A DNA stretch of 64,000 bases. Origin: an uncultured Chloroflexia bacterium. GTDB taxonomy: Bacteria > Chloroflexota > Anaerolineae > Anaerolineales > UBA4823. Below the pieces are notes generated by a model, which was not told the origin of the DNA, ran no database searches, and saw nothing but the letters and a program-made list of their open reading frames with translations. Location of the stretch: the NCBI GenBank assembly GCA_963840255.1, contig CAWIYB010000005.1:899406-963405 (forward strand), read 5' to 3'. The position numbers and the translations under genes are program-made. Of this stretch, positions 18,470 to 27,635 are shown piece by piece (position 1 is the stretch's first letter; every line of letters starts with the position of its first letter).

Positions 18470-19905
18470 TTAGCGATTGACGATTGGGATAAATACACTG
18501 GATAACAGCCCCCGGTCGTGTACAAAGACATCAGAGAACCCGTTCGTATCCCCGGGCACCAATTTATAATCCGATGAGTCAAATGCTACGTATCGCCCAT
18601 ACTGAGATATGTATGCCCTGCTTGAATCGCCGACCCCCTCCGTCCCATCACTCGCCACAGAAATCCTGCTCGTCCGATGGGTGAACCGGTCGTGCAGGAA
18701 AATATCAAATCTCGCGTTGTAGTCATCATTCACCAGGTTAGCAGCACAAGAATCAAACCCGACAAAGCGGCCATCAGCTGAAATAGAAGGGAAATTAGAA
18801 TAATTATCTGCCTGGGTCCCGTCGGTGGCGACCGAAACCCTGGTGGTCTCTCCCGTCAGAGTAGCATGCACGAAAATATCCGACCAAGCATTGGTGTCAT
18901 TTTCCACCAGGTTTTCAGCCCAGGACTTGAACGCTACATAATGCCCGTTTTCAGAGACGGATGGCCAACCAGACCAATTATTTGCTTGCGACCCATCGCT
19001 GGCGACAGAAACGATGATCGTCTCACCAGTTGTTATGGTATGAAGGAATATATCCTGGCAGTTATCATCGTAGACACCATCCTGGTCGGTATCGCAAACG
19101 TTATTCGTATCGCCCTGCACCAGGTTGGAGGCATAGGAGCGAAAGGTCACGTAAAAACCATCCGGAGAGATGGCAGCCTGATCGGACCACTGGTTCCCCT
19201 GCTCACCACTGCTGGAAACCGAGACTCGGGTGGTTTGCCCGGTTTGCATATCGTGAACGAATATATCCTCAACTCCATTATCGTCACCGTCGACCAGGTT
19301 GGAGGCCAACGATTGAAACGCCACGAATCTCCCATTGGCAGAGACGGAGGGATAGCTAGATCGGCCATTCGCTTCCGTACCGTCGGAAGCCAACGAGAGA
19401 CGTGCGATCTGCTGCGTCGCCCGATCATGCACAAAGATATCCTCAACCCAGTTGGTATCACGGTCCACCAGGTTGGTGGCGAGCGAGTGGAACACAATAT
19501 AGCGTCCATCCGCAGAGATATCCGCGCCCCCGATTCGTGGTCTGCCTGCTCCCCATCACTGGAAACTGAGGCACGGGTGGTCTCTCCGGTCAAGCGGTCA
19601 TGCACAAAGACGTCATTCACGCCATTCATGTCCCCTTCCACCAGGTTGGAGGCAGCGGAACCAAATGCCGCGAAGCGGCCGTCTGCAGAGATGGCTGACC
19701 AAACAGAATCTGCATTTCCCTGGATTGCATCCGAAGAGACCGAGATTCGCTCAGTGGTCCCTACAGAGGTCATACCAATGGCTTGCCCGGATGAAGCTTC
19801 AGCTGACTGACCGAGAGCAATTAGCAGGATCAAGGTGATAGTGAGACGAATGACCATTCTGGCTTGCATGCAAATCTCCCTATGATGCTGGTAAAGCTGG
19901 TTCAT
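18470..19905 (-). CDS. secreted PD40/TolB-like beta-propeller repeat protein, with a 1-nt frameshift near 19520-19531
   Basis: Signal-peptide-like N-terminus (MVIRLTITLILLIALGQSAEA). There are 9 or more tandem ~48-aa repeats of the form SVSSDGxQANxxSxxPSISADGRFVAFxSxAxNLVxxDTNxxxDIFVHD. The N-terminal ORF 19147..19905 loses the repeat pattern after ...SVSSDGEQADHESGA. The pattern resumes (DISADGRYIVFHSLATNLV...) in the frame of ORF 18470..19495. Confidence 0.8.
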
Positions 19906-19976
19906 TTTCAGATGGAAGCAATTATGAATTTTGAAGCGTTATAGATAGAGAATAGCAAAATATAACCAGCGTGTCA

Positions 19977-20277
19977 ATCGAGACCGGGATCACCGATTCC
20001 GGCTACAAAACAAATCGAGACCGGGATCACCGATCCCAGCTACAAAACAAGTGGACCGGGATCAACCCCCTCCAAGTGCAAAGGGGGTAGGCCGATCCCA
20101 GCAATAAAACAAATCGTGACCAGGATCAGCGATCCCGGCTACAAAACGAACAGAGACCGGGATCAACCCCCTTCAAGTGCAAAGGGGGCAGGCCCCCTCC
20201 AAGTGCAGTGGGGGGCAGGCCGATACCGGCAATAAAACATATCGAGACCGGGATCACCGATCCCGGCTACAAAACAA
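19977..20277. repeat. tandem array of six ~37-bp hairpin units, two carrying a nested G/C palindrome insertion
   Basis: The unit is atcgagaCCGGGATCaccGATCCCGGctacaaaacaa. Units 3 and 5 have ccccctccaagtgcaaagggggtaggc (20066-92) or a doubled copy (20167-20220) inserted exactly in the hairpin loop. The array is intergenic between two minus-strand genes. Confidence 0.85.
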
Positions 20278-20298
20278 ATGGGATGTTATGGATCTAGT

Positions 20299-21168
20299 TT
20301 ACTTCGAGGAGGATTTGGTCTGCTTCTCCCATTCCATCACAGATGAGCGGATCAGGTTGCGTACCTCTTCGTCGGGCACATCCTTGACACCCGGGTACTT
20401 CTGCCCATCCAGGGAAACGACCACTCCGTGGTCGGGACCATCACTCACGGTGATGCGGCGGCTTTCAAACGGCGTCCCGGCAATCCGTGCCTGAAGGATG
20501 TCATCGATCTGCATGGCAATGCTCTTGTACACTGGAGTAGGGGTTGGGGTGGGGTTCAGGAGGCCTCCCACCACATCAGTGAGCTTCGTGCTGACGGGCT
20601 TAACTTCAGGGGTGGGGTCCATTGAGAACGGGGGAACGTGTTGGTCCTCGGATTCTAAGGGGGCAGTTTCGGCAGGAATCCAATCACTGATATCAGGCAG
20701 GGCTTCAAGCCATGCAGGATCGGTATGAGCTGTAGGTGTGGGTTCAGCGGCAGCGACGGGCAGTGCGGTCTGCTCGGGCGTGACCTCAGGAACGGATGAT
20801 TCTGCAACTTCCGGACTGGCAACAGGCAAGGATTGGTCAGCTGTCACCGGGGGGCTGGTTGGAGGAGCAGGCTGACCCAGCCATTTTGCGAGGACAGTGG
20901 CAGTGAAACCGAGGCGGCGCAGCTGGGCAGGCGAAAGCTCAGAGACCGACTTAAAGCTCTGACCGTCCATCTCCACTACCAAATCCTGCGACCTGTTGTC
21001 GCGCATCAGGCGCGCCAGCACAGTCAGGTCGGGACCTGGTGAAGAGTTACCTTTGGATTTATTCTTTACACCGCGCACGAGAGACACGATGATCCAGATC
21101 AAGCCAATAATACCGGCTCCGAGGATGAAAAAGAAACCAGCTAGATATAATAAGGTGGATGAATCCAT
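20299..21168 (-). CDS. single-pass membrane protein with Pro-rich linker, unknown function
   Basis: 289 aa. N-terminal TM helix (LLYLAGFFFILGAGIIGLIWIIVSL), a low-complexity P/A/T/E-rich middle, and a conserved-looking C-terminal globular ~90 aa. No family recognised. Confidence 0.55.
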   Translation of the reverse strand: MDSSTLLYLAGFFFILGAGIIGLIWIIVSLVRGVKNKSKGNSSPGPDLTVLARLMRDNRSQDLVVEMDGQSFKSVSELSPAQLRRLGFTATVLAKWLGQPAPPTSPPVTADQSLPVASPEVAESSVPEVTPEQTALPVAAAEPTPTAHTDPAWLEALPDISDWIPAETAPLESEDQHVPPFSMDPTPEVKPVSTKLTDVVGGLLNPTPTPTPVYKSIAMQIDDILQARIAGTPFESRRITVSDGPDHGVVVSLDGQKYPGVKDVPDEEVRNLIRSSVMEWEKQTKSSSK

Positions 21169-21226
21169 TATCGACCTCCATTTTGGAAGGCAACTGTCTT
21201 ACTTGCATGTTTACCAAGAGACATGC

Positions 21227-22048
21227 TCACTCCCTTGGCTGGCAGGTTGGGCAATAATGAGTGCCACGCTGCCCCACAGTAATGCGTGCAATCAGTGTGC
21301 CACATTCGGGGCAAGGCAGCCCCGTCCGCTGGTACACACGGAAGTAATTCTGGAAATCTCCGCCGCGGTAGACCCAATCGATGCTGGCACCATTGCGGGC
21401 AATCCCATCCCGCAGGACGTTGCGGATACTGGCTAGCAGCCGGGCGGCTTGCACGGGAGTGATGCAATTGGCTGAGGTGAGCGGGTTCAGCTTTGCCAGG
21501 TTGAGAGCTTCATCAACATATATATTCCCCAACCCAGCGAGGAAGGTCTGGTCGAGTAGCAATGGCTTGAGCTGACGGCGGGTGGCATGCAGACGATTAA
21601 ACAAAACTTCAGCGGTGAGGCTTTCATCCAGCGGCTCAGGACCCAGGTTCGCCACTACCTGGTCGACTTCGTCCACCAGCCAAGCGCGCCCGAACTTGCG
21701 GGCATCATTGAAGACCAGCTGGAGCTCGCCTTCGAGCTGCAGCATAAGGCGGTCATGGGTCTCTGGTGGAACGCCAGCGGGTTTCACCAGCAAATCGCCG
21801 CTCATGCGGAGGTGGAAGAGCAGCCAGTAGCGGGTGAGGCGAAAATAGATGAATTTACCCCGCCTGCCGATGTCTTCTATCGCCTGGCCGATGAGTCGTA
21901 TCTTGAATTCAGTGGGTGAAGGCTCGGCGAGGGTACGCTCCCAGAGCAGGTCAACTCCGTGGATATGCCTGCCGATCAGGGCAGGTTCGTTGCGCCCACC
22001 CTGGCGCAGCATCCGAGCAATGGTTTCCACTTCAGGCAATTCAGGCAT
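21227..22048 (-). CDS. mutM: formamidopyrimidine-DNA glycosylase (Fpg/MutM)
   Basis: 273 aa. Catalytic N-terminus MPELPEVE, an H2TH region, and the C-terminal zinc finger CPECGTLIARITVGQRGTHYCPTCQ. Confidence 0.9.
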   Translation of the reverse strand: MPELPEVETIARMLRQGGRNEPALIGRHIHGVDLLWERTLAEPSPTEFKIRLIGQAIEDIGRRGKFIYFRLTRYWLLFHLRMSGDLLVKPAGVPPETHDRLMLQLEGELQLVFNDARKFGRAWLVDEVDQVVANLGPEPLDESLTAEVLFNRLHATRRQLKPLLLDQTFLAGLGNIYVDEALNLAKLNPLTSANCITPVQAARLLASIRNVLRDGIARNGASIDWVYRGGDFQNYFRVYQRTGLPCPECGTLIARITVGQRGTHYCPTCQPRE

Positions 22049-22256
22049 GTTTATCTTCCAACATTAATATATAGTGTACTCCCATATTCAACCATAGTCT
22101 TACATTTCCTATCCATTTTCTATAACAATCAATTGCCTATCACAATTATTGGTCAGCGCACGATATCGCGTGACCGCAAACCTGATGAGCCTTGTTCTGC
22201 AGAGGAAAATTTTATTGTGACATATTTTAAAGGCTCAAGAATCATGATGGCATTAT

Positions 22257-22799
22257 TTAGAATTCACTGCTCAACATGCTCATCACCAGGAGGTCGATGT
22301 ACCGGCCGTCCCGATAGTCTGCCTGGCGCTGGTGACCTTCATGCGAGAAATCAGCTTTTTCATACGCCCGGATGGCGCGCGGGTTATTCTCCAACACCCT
22401 GAGATGGATGCGGTGCAGGTTCAGGGTCTTGAACCCGTGCTGACACAGAAGGCGGACCGATTCGGTGCCATAGCCATGGTTCCAATACTGCTTATCACCG
22501 ATCATGATGCCAAATTCGGAGCTGGCATTACGATGGTCAAGGTTGAAAAAGCCGCAGCTGCCGATCAGCTTCCAGCTTGCCTCTCCCTGGGTGGTATTTT
22601 CTTTCACTTCGATAGCCAGGTTGTGCTCATCTGCCGGGCGCTTCTGCATGTTCTCGAACCAATCTTCTTCGTCTACCATGGAGAAAGGCAGGTAAATTCC
22701 GATACCCTGCTTGACTTCGGGATCGTTGATCCATTTCACAAAGCTGGGAAGGTCATCCCGTTCGATCGCCCTGAAGCGAATACGCTCGCCATTTATCAT
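22257..22799 (-). CDS. GNAT-family N-acetyltransferase (RimJ/RimL-like), paralog 1
   Basis: 180 aa. The block YWNHGYGTESVRLLCQHGFKTLNLHRIHLRVLENNPRAIRAYEKADFSHEG is the acetyl-CoA-binding motif A/B region. It is clearly paralogous to 22852..23406. Confidence 0.8.
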   Translation of the reverse strand: MINGERIRFRAIERDDLPSFVKWINDPEVKQGIGIYLPFSMVDEEDWFENMQKRPADEHNLAIEVKENTTQGEASWKLIGSCGFFNLDHRNASSEFGIMIGDKQYWNHGYGTESVRLLCQHGFKTLNLHRIHLRVLENNPRAIRAYEKADFSHEGHQRQADYRDGRYIDLLVMSMLSSEF

Positions 22800-22851
22800 A
22801 TATGCTCCAATAACCTACCATTGATAGTAACCGATAAACCATGCAGGTAAA

Positions 22852-23406
22852 TCATGCGGGCAAGAATTCACCTTTCAAGAGGCTCATACGCAGCACATCG
22901 ATAAATTTTCCATCCTTATACTCAGCTTGGCGCTCGCGTCCTTCATGGGTAAAGCCGGCTTTCTCGTAGGCGCGGATGGCACGCGGGTTATTCTCGAAAA
23001 CATGGAGGAATATGCGGTTCAGGTTGAGGGTATTGAAACCATGTTGCGCCAGCAGGCGTACTGCTTCGGTGCCATAGCCACGGTTCCAATAGCTTTTATC
23101 TCCAATCAGGATGCCCAACTCAGCAGCCCTGACGTGCCAGTCGATATGGTCGAATGCCAGGCTGCCAATCAGCTTCCAGCGCTGTTCACCCGTCTCATCG
23201 GCGGGTAAGCTTGCTTCGATTGCCAGCACATGTTCATCCGCAGGTCGTGCGAGCATGCGCTCGTACCAGCTGTCCTCTTCCGCCTGTGAAACAGGGTTGT
23301 GGAGTAAGATCCCCTGGCGCACTTCCTGGTCATTCAGCCACATTACAAAAAGTGGCAGGTCACTCTTTTCCACCGCCCTGAAGCGGATACGCTCACCATG
23401 GATCAT
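22852..23406 (-). CDS. GNAT-family N-acetyltransferase (RimJ/RimL-like), paralog 2
   Basis: 184 aa. It is collinear with the neighbouring GNAT (MIHGERIRFRAVEKSDLP... vs MINGERIRFRAIERDDLP...), indicating a tandem duplication. Confidence 0.8.
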   Translation of the reverse strand: MIHGERIRFRAVEKSDLPLFVMWLNDQEVRQGILLHNPVSQAEEDSWYERMLARPADEHVLAIEASLPADETGEQRWKLIGSLAFDHIDWHVRAAELGILIGDKSYWNRGYGTEAVRLLAQHGFNTLNLNRIFLHVFENNPRAIRAYEKAGFTHEGRERQAEYKDGKFIDVLRMSLLKGEFLPA

Positions 23407-23423
23407 AATTTCTCCAGACTTGA

Positions 23424-24479
23424 TCAGCTTTTCCCATAGAGAAGCTTTGTGACGGCTTCAAATGGCGAGAGACGTCGCGCCATGACATCTTCCACAGCCC
23501 GCTCGTAGGCACCACCAGGCAGACCAGAGCGGAAATCTTGGACAAGGGTGGCCTGAAGCAGCAGGTCGAGCTCGGTCTGCAACCGCCAGCGTTCGCGCTG
23601 TTCCCAGCCTCCGCTTGTTTCGAGGTGGGCGCGATGGTCGGCAATCGCCTTAACCAGCTCGGGGATGCCCGTACCATCCAATGCCACCGTACGAAGGATG
23701 GGCGGCACCCACATTGACACACTAATTGCCTTGTCATCCACCTGCCCGGCGATCATATCGACCGTACCATGGCCGCTTGCTTCGCTGTGCAGGCTATCGT
23801 GTATGAAGCGGTGCGGCAGGGGATGAGCCAGATTGAGTGATCCACGCAGGGTACGCTCGGTATTATCAGCGCCTGGGAGATCGGCTTTGTTGACCACGAG
23901 CACATCGGCAATCTCAAGGATGCCGGCTTTGATCGCCTGGATATCATCTCCGAGACCCGGTGCTTCCACAACGAGGGTGGTATGGGCGAGGCGGGCAATG
24001 TCCACCTCAGATTGACCTGCCCCGACCGTCTCGATCAGGATCAGGTCATAGCCGGCGGCATCAAGTACCTGAACCACCGCAGCAGTGGTAGAGGCAATTC
24101 CACCCAGCGAGCCGCGCGTCGCCATGGAGCGGATGAAGACACCGGAATCACCTGCCAGGTCGCGCATGCGGATGCGATCCCCAAGAATGGCTCCGCCGGA
24201 AAATGGACTGGTGGGATCCACCGCAACAATTCCCACGCGGCGTGGCTGGACACCTGCGGCCGGGTTGCGGTAATTACGTGCCAGCTGATTGACCAGGGAA
24301 GATTTCCCGGTTCCGGAAGCACCAGTCACCCCCACCAGGTGGGCTTTCCCGGTGTGAGCAAAAAGTGTGCTCAGGGCAGACCGGCCTTCAGGGGATCCAT
24401 TTTCCACCTGCGAGAGGGTGCGAGCCAGAGCCAGCCGGTCACCCGCCAGGACTGCCTGGGCAAGGTCAAGGTTATTCAT
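23424..24479 (-). CDS. meaB: methylmalonyl-CoA mutase-associated G3E GTPase (MeaB/ArgK)
   Basis: 351 aa. Walker A GVTGASGTGKSSLVNQL, ETVGAGQSE, and NKAD (VVNKADL). It lies directly downstream of a B12-binding mutase subunit. Confidence 0.85.
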   Translation of the reverse strand: MNNLDLAQAVLAGDRLALARTLSQVENGSPEGRSALSTLFAHTGKAHLVGVTGASGTGKSSLVNQLARNYRNPAAGVQPRRVGIVAVDPTSPFSGGAILGDRIRMRDLAGDSGVFIRSMATRGSLGGIASTTAAVVQVLDAAGYDLILIETVGAGQSEVDIARLAHTTLVVEAPGLGDDIQAIKAGILEIADVLVVNKADLPGADNTERTLRGSLNLAHPLPHRFIHDSLHSEASGHGTVDMIAGQVDDKAISVSMWVPPILRTVALDGTGIPELVKAIADHRAHLETSGGWEQRERWRLQTELDLLLQATLVQDFRSGLPGGAYERAVEDVMARRLSPFEAVTKLLYGKS

Positions 24480-24488
24480 ACCAGGGCA

Positions 24489-24896
24489 TCAAGAATCAGC
24501 AGTCAACACGGCTTTACGGATATCGTTCACATAGGTGTCACTCAAGGTGCCGGGACCATAGATGCCAATCACACCCATTTCCAGCAGGAGCGGCACGTCT
24601 TCGTCGGGAACGATACCCCCCAGGAAGACCCTGACACGGTCTTGACGATTGGCTTTTAGCAGCTCAAGCACACGCGGCACCAGCGCCATGTGTGCCCCTG
24701 AGAGGATGGAAAGGCCGACTGCGTCCACGTCTTCCTGCAAGGCGGCTTCAGCTATCATCTCGGGGGTTTGCCTGAGACCGGTATAAATGACTTCCATTCC
24801 AGCGTCGCGCAAGGCGCGCGCCACCACCTTGGCTCCCCGATCATGCCCGTCAAGCCCGGGCTTGGCGATCAACACTCGAATCTTTCGCTCGCTCAT
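24489..24896 (-). CDS. cobalamin-binding small subunit/domain of methylmalonyl-CoA mutase-type isomerase
   Basis: 135 aa. [32 protein letters not shown] contains the DxHxxG B12-binding motif, and there is a later GGIVP block. No catalytic large subunit is adjacent. Confidence 0.85.
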   Translation of the reverse strand: MSERKIRVLIAKPGLDGHDRGAKVVARALRDAGMEVIYTGLRQTPEMIAEAALQEDVDAVGLSILSGAHMALVPRVLELLKANRQDRVRVFLGGIVPDEDVPLLLEMGVIGIYGPGTLSDTYVNDIRKAVLTADS

Positions 24897-25093
24897 ATTT
24901 CCTCCATGGAAATCTGATTGAAAATTATACCAAAGAGCGGTGGTTAGCGATGAGCTGTTAGCGGTTAGCTTTTAGCTATGAGCAAAAAAATACCACGGAG
25001 GTCAATGAGAAAAGCTATTCTTTATCATCGATTCACCCAGAGATGCAGATAGTGCTAAAGGGAACGTAGCCCAATACAGGTACAAACAAAGGC

Positions 25094-25565
25094 AACCACA
25101 GATAAACGCAAATAAGGAAAAGATAAATATGCCACAGATAAAATCAGATAAAAACAGATAAATAAATAATTTACTGCAAATCAGAACAGAATACGTAAAA
25201 AAAGGAAAAGATAATTTTGCCACAGATAAAATCAGATAAATAATTAACCGCAAGTCAAAGCAGAATACCGTAAAGAAAGGAATAGATGGTTTGCCACAGA
25301 TAAATACCCCCTCCAGGTACAGTGGGGGGCGGGTAGATCGGCACAGATACCTGGAAACAAATTTAACCGCTGATGAACGCTGAAATGAGCAGATAAGGAA
25401 AAGATAATATTGACACAGGTAAATTCAGATAAAAACAGATAAATAAATAATTTACTGCAAATCAGAACAGAATAACGTAAAGAAAGGAAAAGATAATTTT
25501 GCCACAGATGAACGCAGATAAGAGCAGAGATAATAAAATAAATAATTTGCGGAAAATCGGACATC
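25094..25565. repeat. AT-rich degenerate tandem repeat (5-6 units of ~75-90 bp) upstream of the mutase/meaB operon
   Basis: Units are anchored on gccacagataaa. 25131-25218 and 25412-25500 are near-identical (~88 bp: gccacagataaaatcagataaaaacagataaataaataatttactgcaaatcagaacagaata.cgtaaa...ggaaaagataatttt). Unit 3 carries the G/C palindrome ccccctccaggtacagtggggggcggg at 25307-25336. Confidence 0.85.
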
Positions 25566-25645
25566 TATGATCTTTACTATGGCGGTGTGGATAAGGAAGA
25601 TATCGGTCGTCGAAGCTGGAAGACTAAAAACGGAACCTCAGTAGA

Positions 25646-26326
25646 TTGACTTTTTGGGATTATTTCTGTAAGATCATATCACCACGAGTTCTGCGAAGAG
25701 ATGATAAACCAATGGATAGACTAAGACCCATGCCCGACCGGGAAAAATATACCCATGCTTTAGGAATGGTGCGCTTGTACCAAAAACAGGTGTTGCCATT
25801 CGTGGGGCAACGGTTGGGTTATGGGGCGATGCACGAGCTGGAATCGGTCTGGCAGGGGGGTGTCGTTCACGTCCGCGAGAGCTACCCGGATGAAGAAAAA
25901 TACCAGAGGGCATACAACAATTGGTTATGGATAGCCCGCTGCAGTCACGACTTCCTGGCAGATCAGCTGGACCGAGATGGAGTTGGGGATTATAAACGGC
26001 TGCTGCTACAGTCTTATAAATGCCAGCACGATCAGCCTGACCTGCTGCTGTACCACATGTTAAACCGGCGGGCATCCCTGATCAAGGCATGGGCATATGA
26101 GATGCAATGGATGACGCCCATCGAGATAACCAATCAAGAGGCGGATCAAGCAATTTGCACGGTAGAGCATTGCAAGATCCTACAGACTCCGGCGACGGAA
26201 AGGCTCTGCAAGGTGGACTGCTGGAACGTGGGCACTGAGCTGGCGTACCAGGTGTATCATTTAAAACGACAAACCCACCTGGTTAACCATGGTTGCACGA
26301 TCACATTGACTGCTGTAACGGACTAA
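25646..26326 (+). CDS. hypothetical protein with a Cys-rich C-terminal part
   Basis: 226-aa ORF. The TTG start is called at 25646; the first ATG is at 25712 (MDRLRPMPDREKY...). The C-terminal half has CTVEHC...CKVDC...HGC spacing. No family is confidently recognised. A strong terminator hairpin follows. Confidence 0.55.
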   Translation: MTFWDYFCKIISPRVLRRDDKPMDRLRPMPDREKYTHALGMVRLYQKQVLPFVGQRLGYGAMHELESVWQGGVVHVRESYPDEEKYQRAYNNWLWIARCSHDFLADQLDRDGVGDYKRLLLQSYKCQHDQPDLLLYHMLNRRASLIKAWAYEMQWMTPIEITNQEADQAICTVEHCKILQTPATERLCKVDCWNVGTELAYQVYHLKRQTHLVNHGCTITLTAVTD

Positions 26327-26348
26327 CTCAATAAATAGAATTAAAATG

Positions 26349-26400
26349 GAAAGACGCCCGGATAGGCAGCATTGCCTACCGGGACGTCTTTTAATTTTAA
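26349..26400. terminator. bidirectional rho-independent-type terminator between convergent genes
   Basis: gaaagacgcccggataggca-gcat-tgcctaccgggacgtctttt forms a ~19-bp near-perfect stem flanked by A-run/T-run (aaaatgg... / ...ttttaatttt). It sits between 25646..26326 (+) and rubrerythrin (-). Confidence 0.7.
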
Positions 26401-26409
26401 TAATTTATC

Positions 26410-26934
26410 TCAGGGGATTCGTTCGTATCGCGAGCCGGGAGTCCCACATATTGGGCATTTACCCTCGAGCGGCCCTTCATGCGTATTACCGCAGACCGGG
26501 CAGACGTAGTATTCCACTTCCGGCAAGGGTTGCTGGTTCTCGAGAGCGGTTAGAGCTTTGCGGTATAGCCCCTCATGAATCTTTTCTACTTCCCAGGCAT
26601 ACTTGAAGGAAAAGAGAGCGCGCTTCATAGACTCGGCCTCAGCATCCTGAATGAACTCAGGGTACATAGTGACCCACTCGTAATTCTCACCTTCAATGGC
26701 AACTTTCAAATTGTCGGCGGTAGAACCCACGCCATCCATGGCGCGAAAATGGTTTTGGGCGTGCACCGTCTCGGCAGCTGCAGCTGCCCGGAACAGCTTG
26801 GCGACCTGGGTTAGCCCATCGGCATCTGCTTTCTTGGCGAAAGCGAGATATTTGCGATTAGCCTGAGATTCACCAGCAAACGCAGCATTTAAATCATCTA
26901 TAGTCTTGGTCATAATATTCTCCTCTAAATTCAT
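26410..26934 (-). CDS. rbr: rubrerythrin
   Basis: 174 aa. An N-terminal diiron four-helix bundle (AFAGESQANRKYLAFA, ETVHAQNH, EKIHEGLY) plus a C-terminal rubredoxin-like CPVCG...CPICG. The real start may be the internal MTKT. Confidence 0.9.
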   Translation of the reverse strand: MNLEENIMTKTIDDLNAAFAGESQANRKYLAFAKKADADGLTQVAKLFRAAAAAETVHAQNHFRAMDGVGSTADNLKVAIEGENYEWVTMYPEFIQDAEAESMKRALFSFKYAWEVEKIHEGLYRKALTALENQQPLPEVEYYVCPVCGNTHEGPLEGKCPICGTPGSRYERIP

Positions 26935-27072
26935 CTACATTGATAAGATAAAACCACAATATTCCGCCAACCTCCCAGGGAGGAGCCGCCATCACCGATC
27001 ATCCCACCAGTGACACTCCAAATGGTAGTGAATATAACAATCGACGAATCCCTACCCAAGAATGGACCCGAA

Positions 27073-27540
27073 TCAATCGACCTGTTCGACCAGATAAGAC
27101 TGAAGACCCATCACCTTGACCTGATCAATCTGGGCTTCCAACCAATCGACATGTTCCTCTTCATCGGTGAGGATGGAATCCATCAGCTCACGGCTGCCAT
27201 TATCACCGAGCTCATAGGCAAGACGAATGCCGTCGTTGTAGCCCTTGACTGCGCCATACTCTGCTGCCAGGTCATTAGCGAATTGGGATTCGATACCGGC
27301 ACCGATGTTGATCTTCTTCAGGCTGCTGACGACGGGTGTCCCATCCAGGAACAGGATGCGGGCAATCAGTTTTTCAGCATGCTTCATTTCCGTTATCGCC
27401 CTCTCCTCGACGGCTTTATGCAGCTCCATATAACGCCAGTTATCACACATCTCTGAATGCACCATGTACTGGCTGATAGCCGTCAGCTCATCGGATAACA
27501 GGTTGTTAAGCACTTCAAGAATCTTCTCGTTGCCTTTCAT
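27073..27540 (-). CDS. bfr: bacterioferritin
   Basis: The ORF track extends to 27720, but the family-typical N-terminus MKGNEKILEVLNNLLSDELTAISQYMVHSEMC begins at ATG 27540 (155 aa). Ferroxidase-centre E/H residues are present (EERAITEMKHAEKL, DEEEHVDWL). Confidence 0.85.
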   Translation of the reverse strand: MKGNEKILEVLNNLLSDELTAISQYMVHSEMCDNWRYMELHKAVEERAITEMKHAEKLIARILFLDGTPVVSSLKKINIGAGIESQFANDLAAEYGAVKGYNDGIRLAYELGDNGSRELMDSILTDEEEHVDWLEAQIDQVKVMGLQSYLVEQVD

Positions 27541-27618
27541 TGCACTTACCTCCTCGTGTTTTATGTACTCAGGAATATCATTCGAATTGGGAATATTATA
27601 TAGTTTACCACTCAGGAT

Positions 27619-27635
27619 GAATAGTAATATTATTC
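27619..27635. promoter_or_regulatory. AT-rich partial palindrome, candidate Fur-family operator upstream of bfr
   Basis: GAATAgtaatatTATTC lies ~80 nt upstream of the bfr start, in the divergent intergenic region. It only loosely resembles Fur/PerR 7-1-7 boxes. Confidence 0.2.

Noticed and set aside
19977-20277. CRISPR array interpretation of the 37-bp hairpin repeats (and of the 25-kb array)
   Set aside because: The repeats abut each other directly with no unique spacers of regular length, the units are degenerate, and no cas genes occur anywhere in the window.
22257-24896. Possible novel system in the mutase-small-subunit, MeaB, GNAT, GNAT, MutM string
   Set aside because: Split B12 mutases with separately encoded catalytic subunits and MeaB partners are common. 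The tandem GNATs look like a simple duplication, and MutM is housekeeping. Nothing beyond ordinary operon packing is evident.
25002-25564. Two minus-strand ORFs (83 and 106 aa) covering the 25-kb repeat array
   Set aside because: Their sequences (…SKLFIYLFLSDFICG… repeated) are simply the periodic translation of the AT-rich tandem repeat. There is no start context or domain signal, so I treat the region as non-coding repeat DNA.
25094-25565. Cobalamin riboswitch or DnaA-box cluster upstream of the B12-dependent mutase genes
   Set aside because: The recurring gccacagataaa (reverse ttatctgtggc) only superficially resembles the B12-box GCCACTG or the DnaA box TTATCCACA. None of the other conserved riboswitch helices is present, the region is a tandem repeat, and no dnaA/dnaN context exists.
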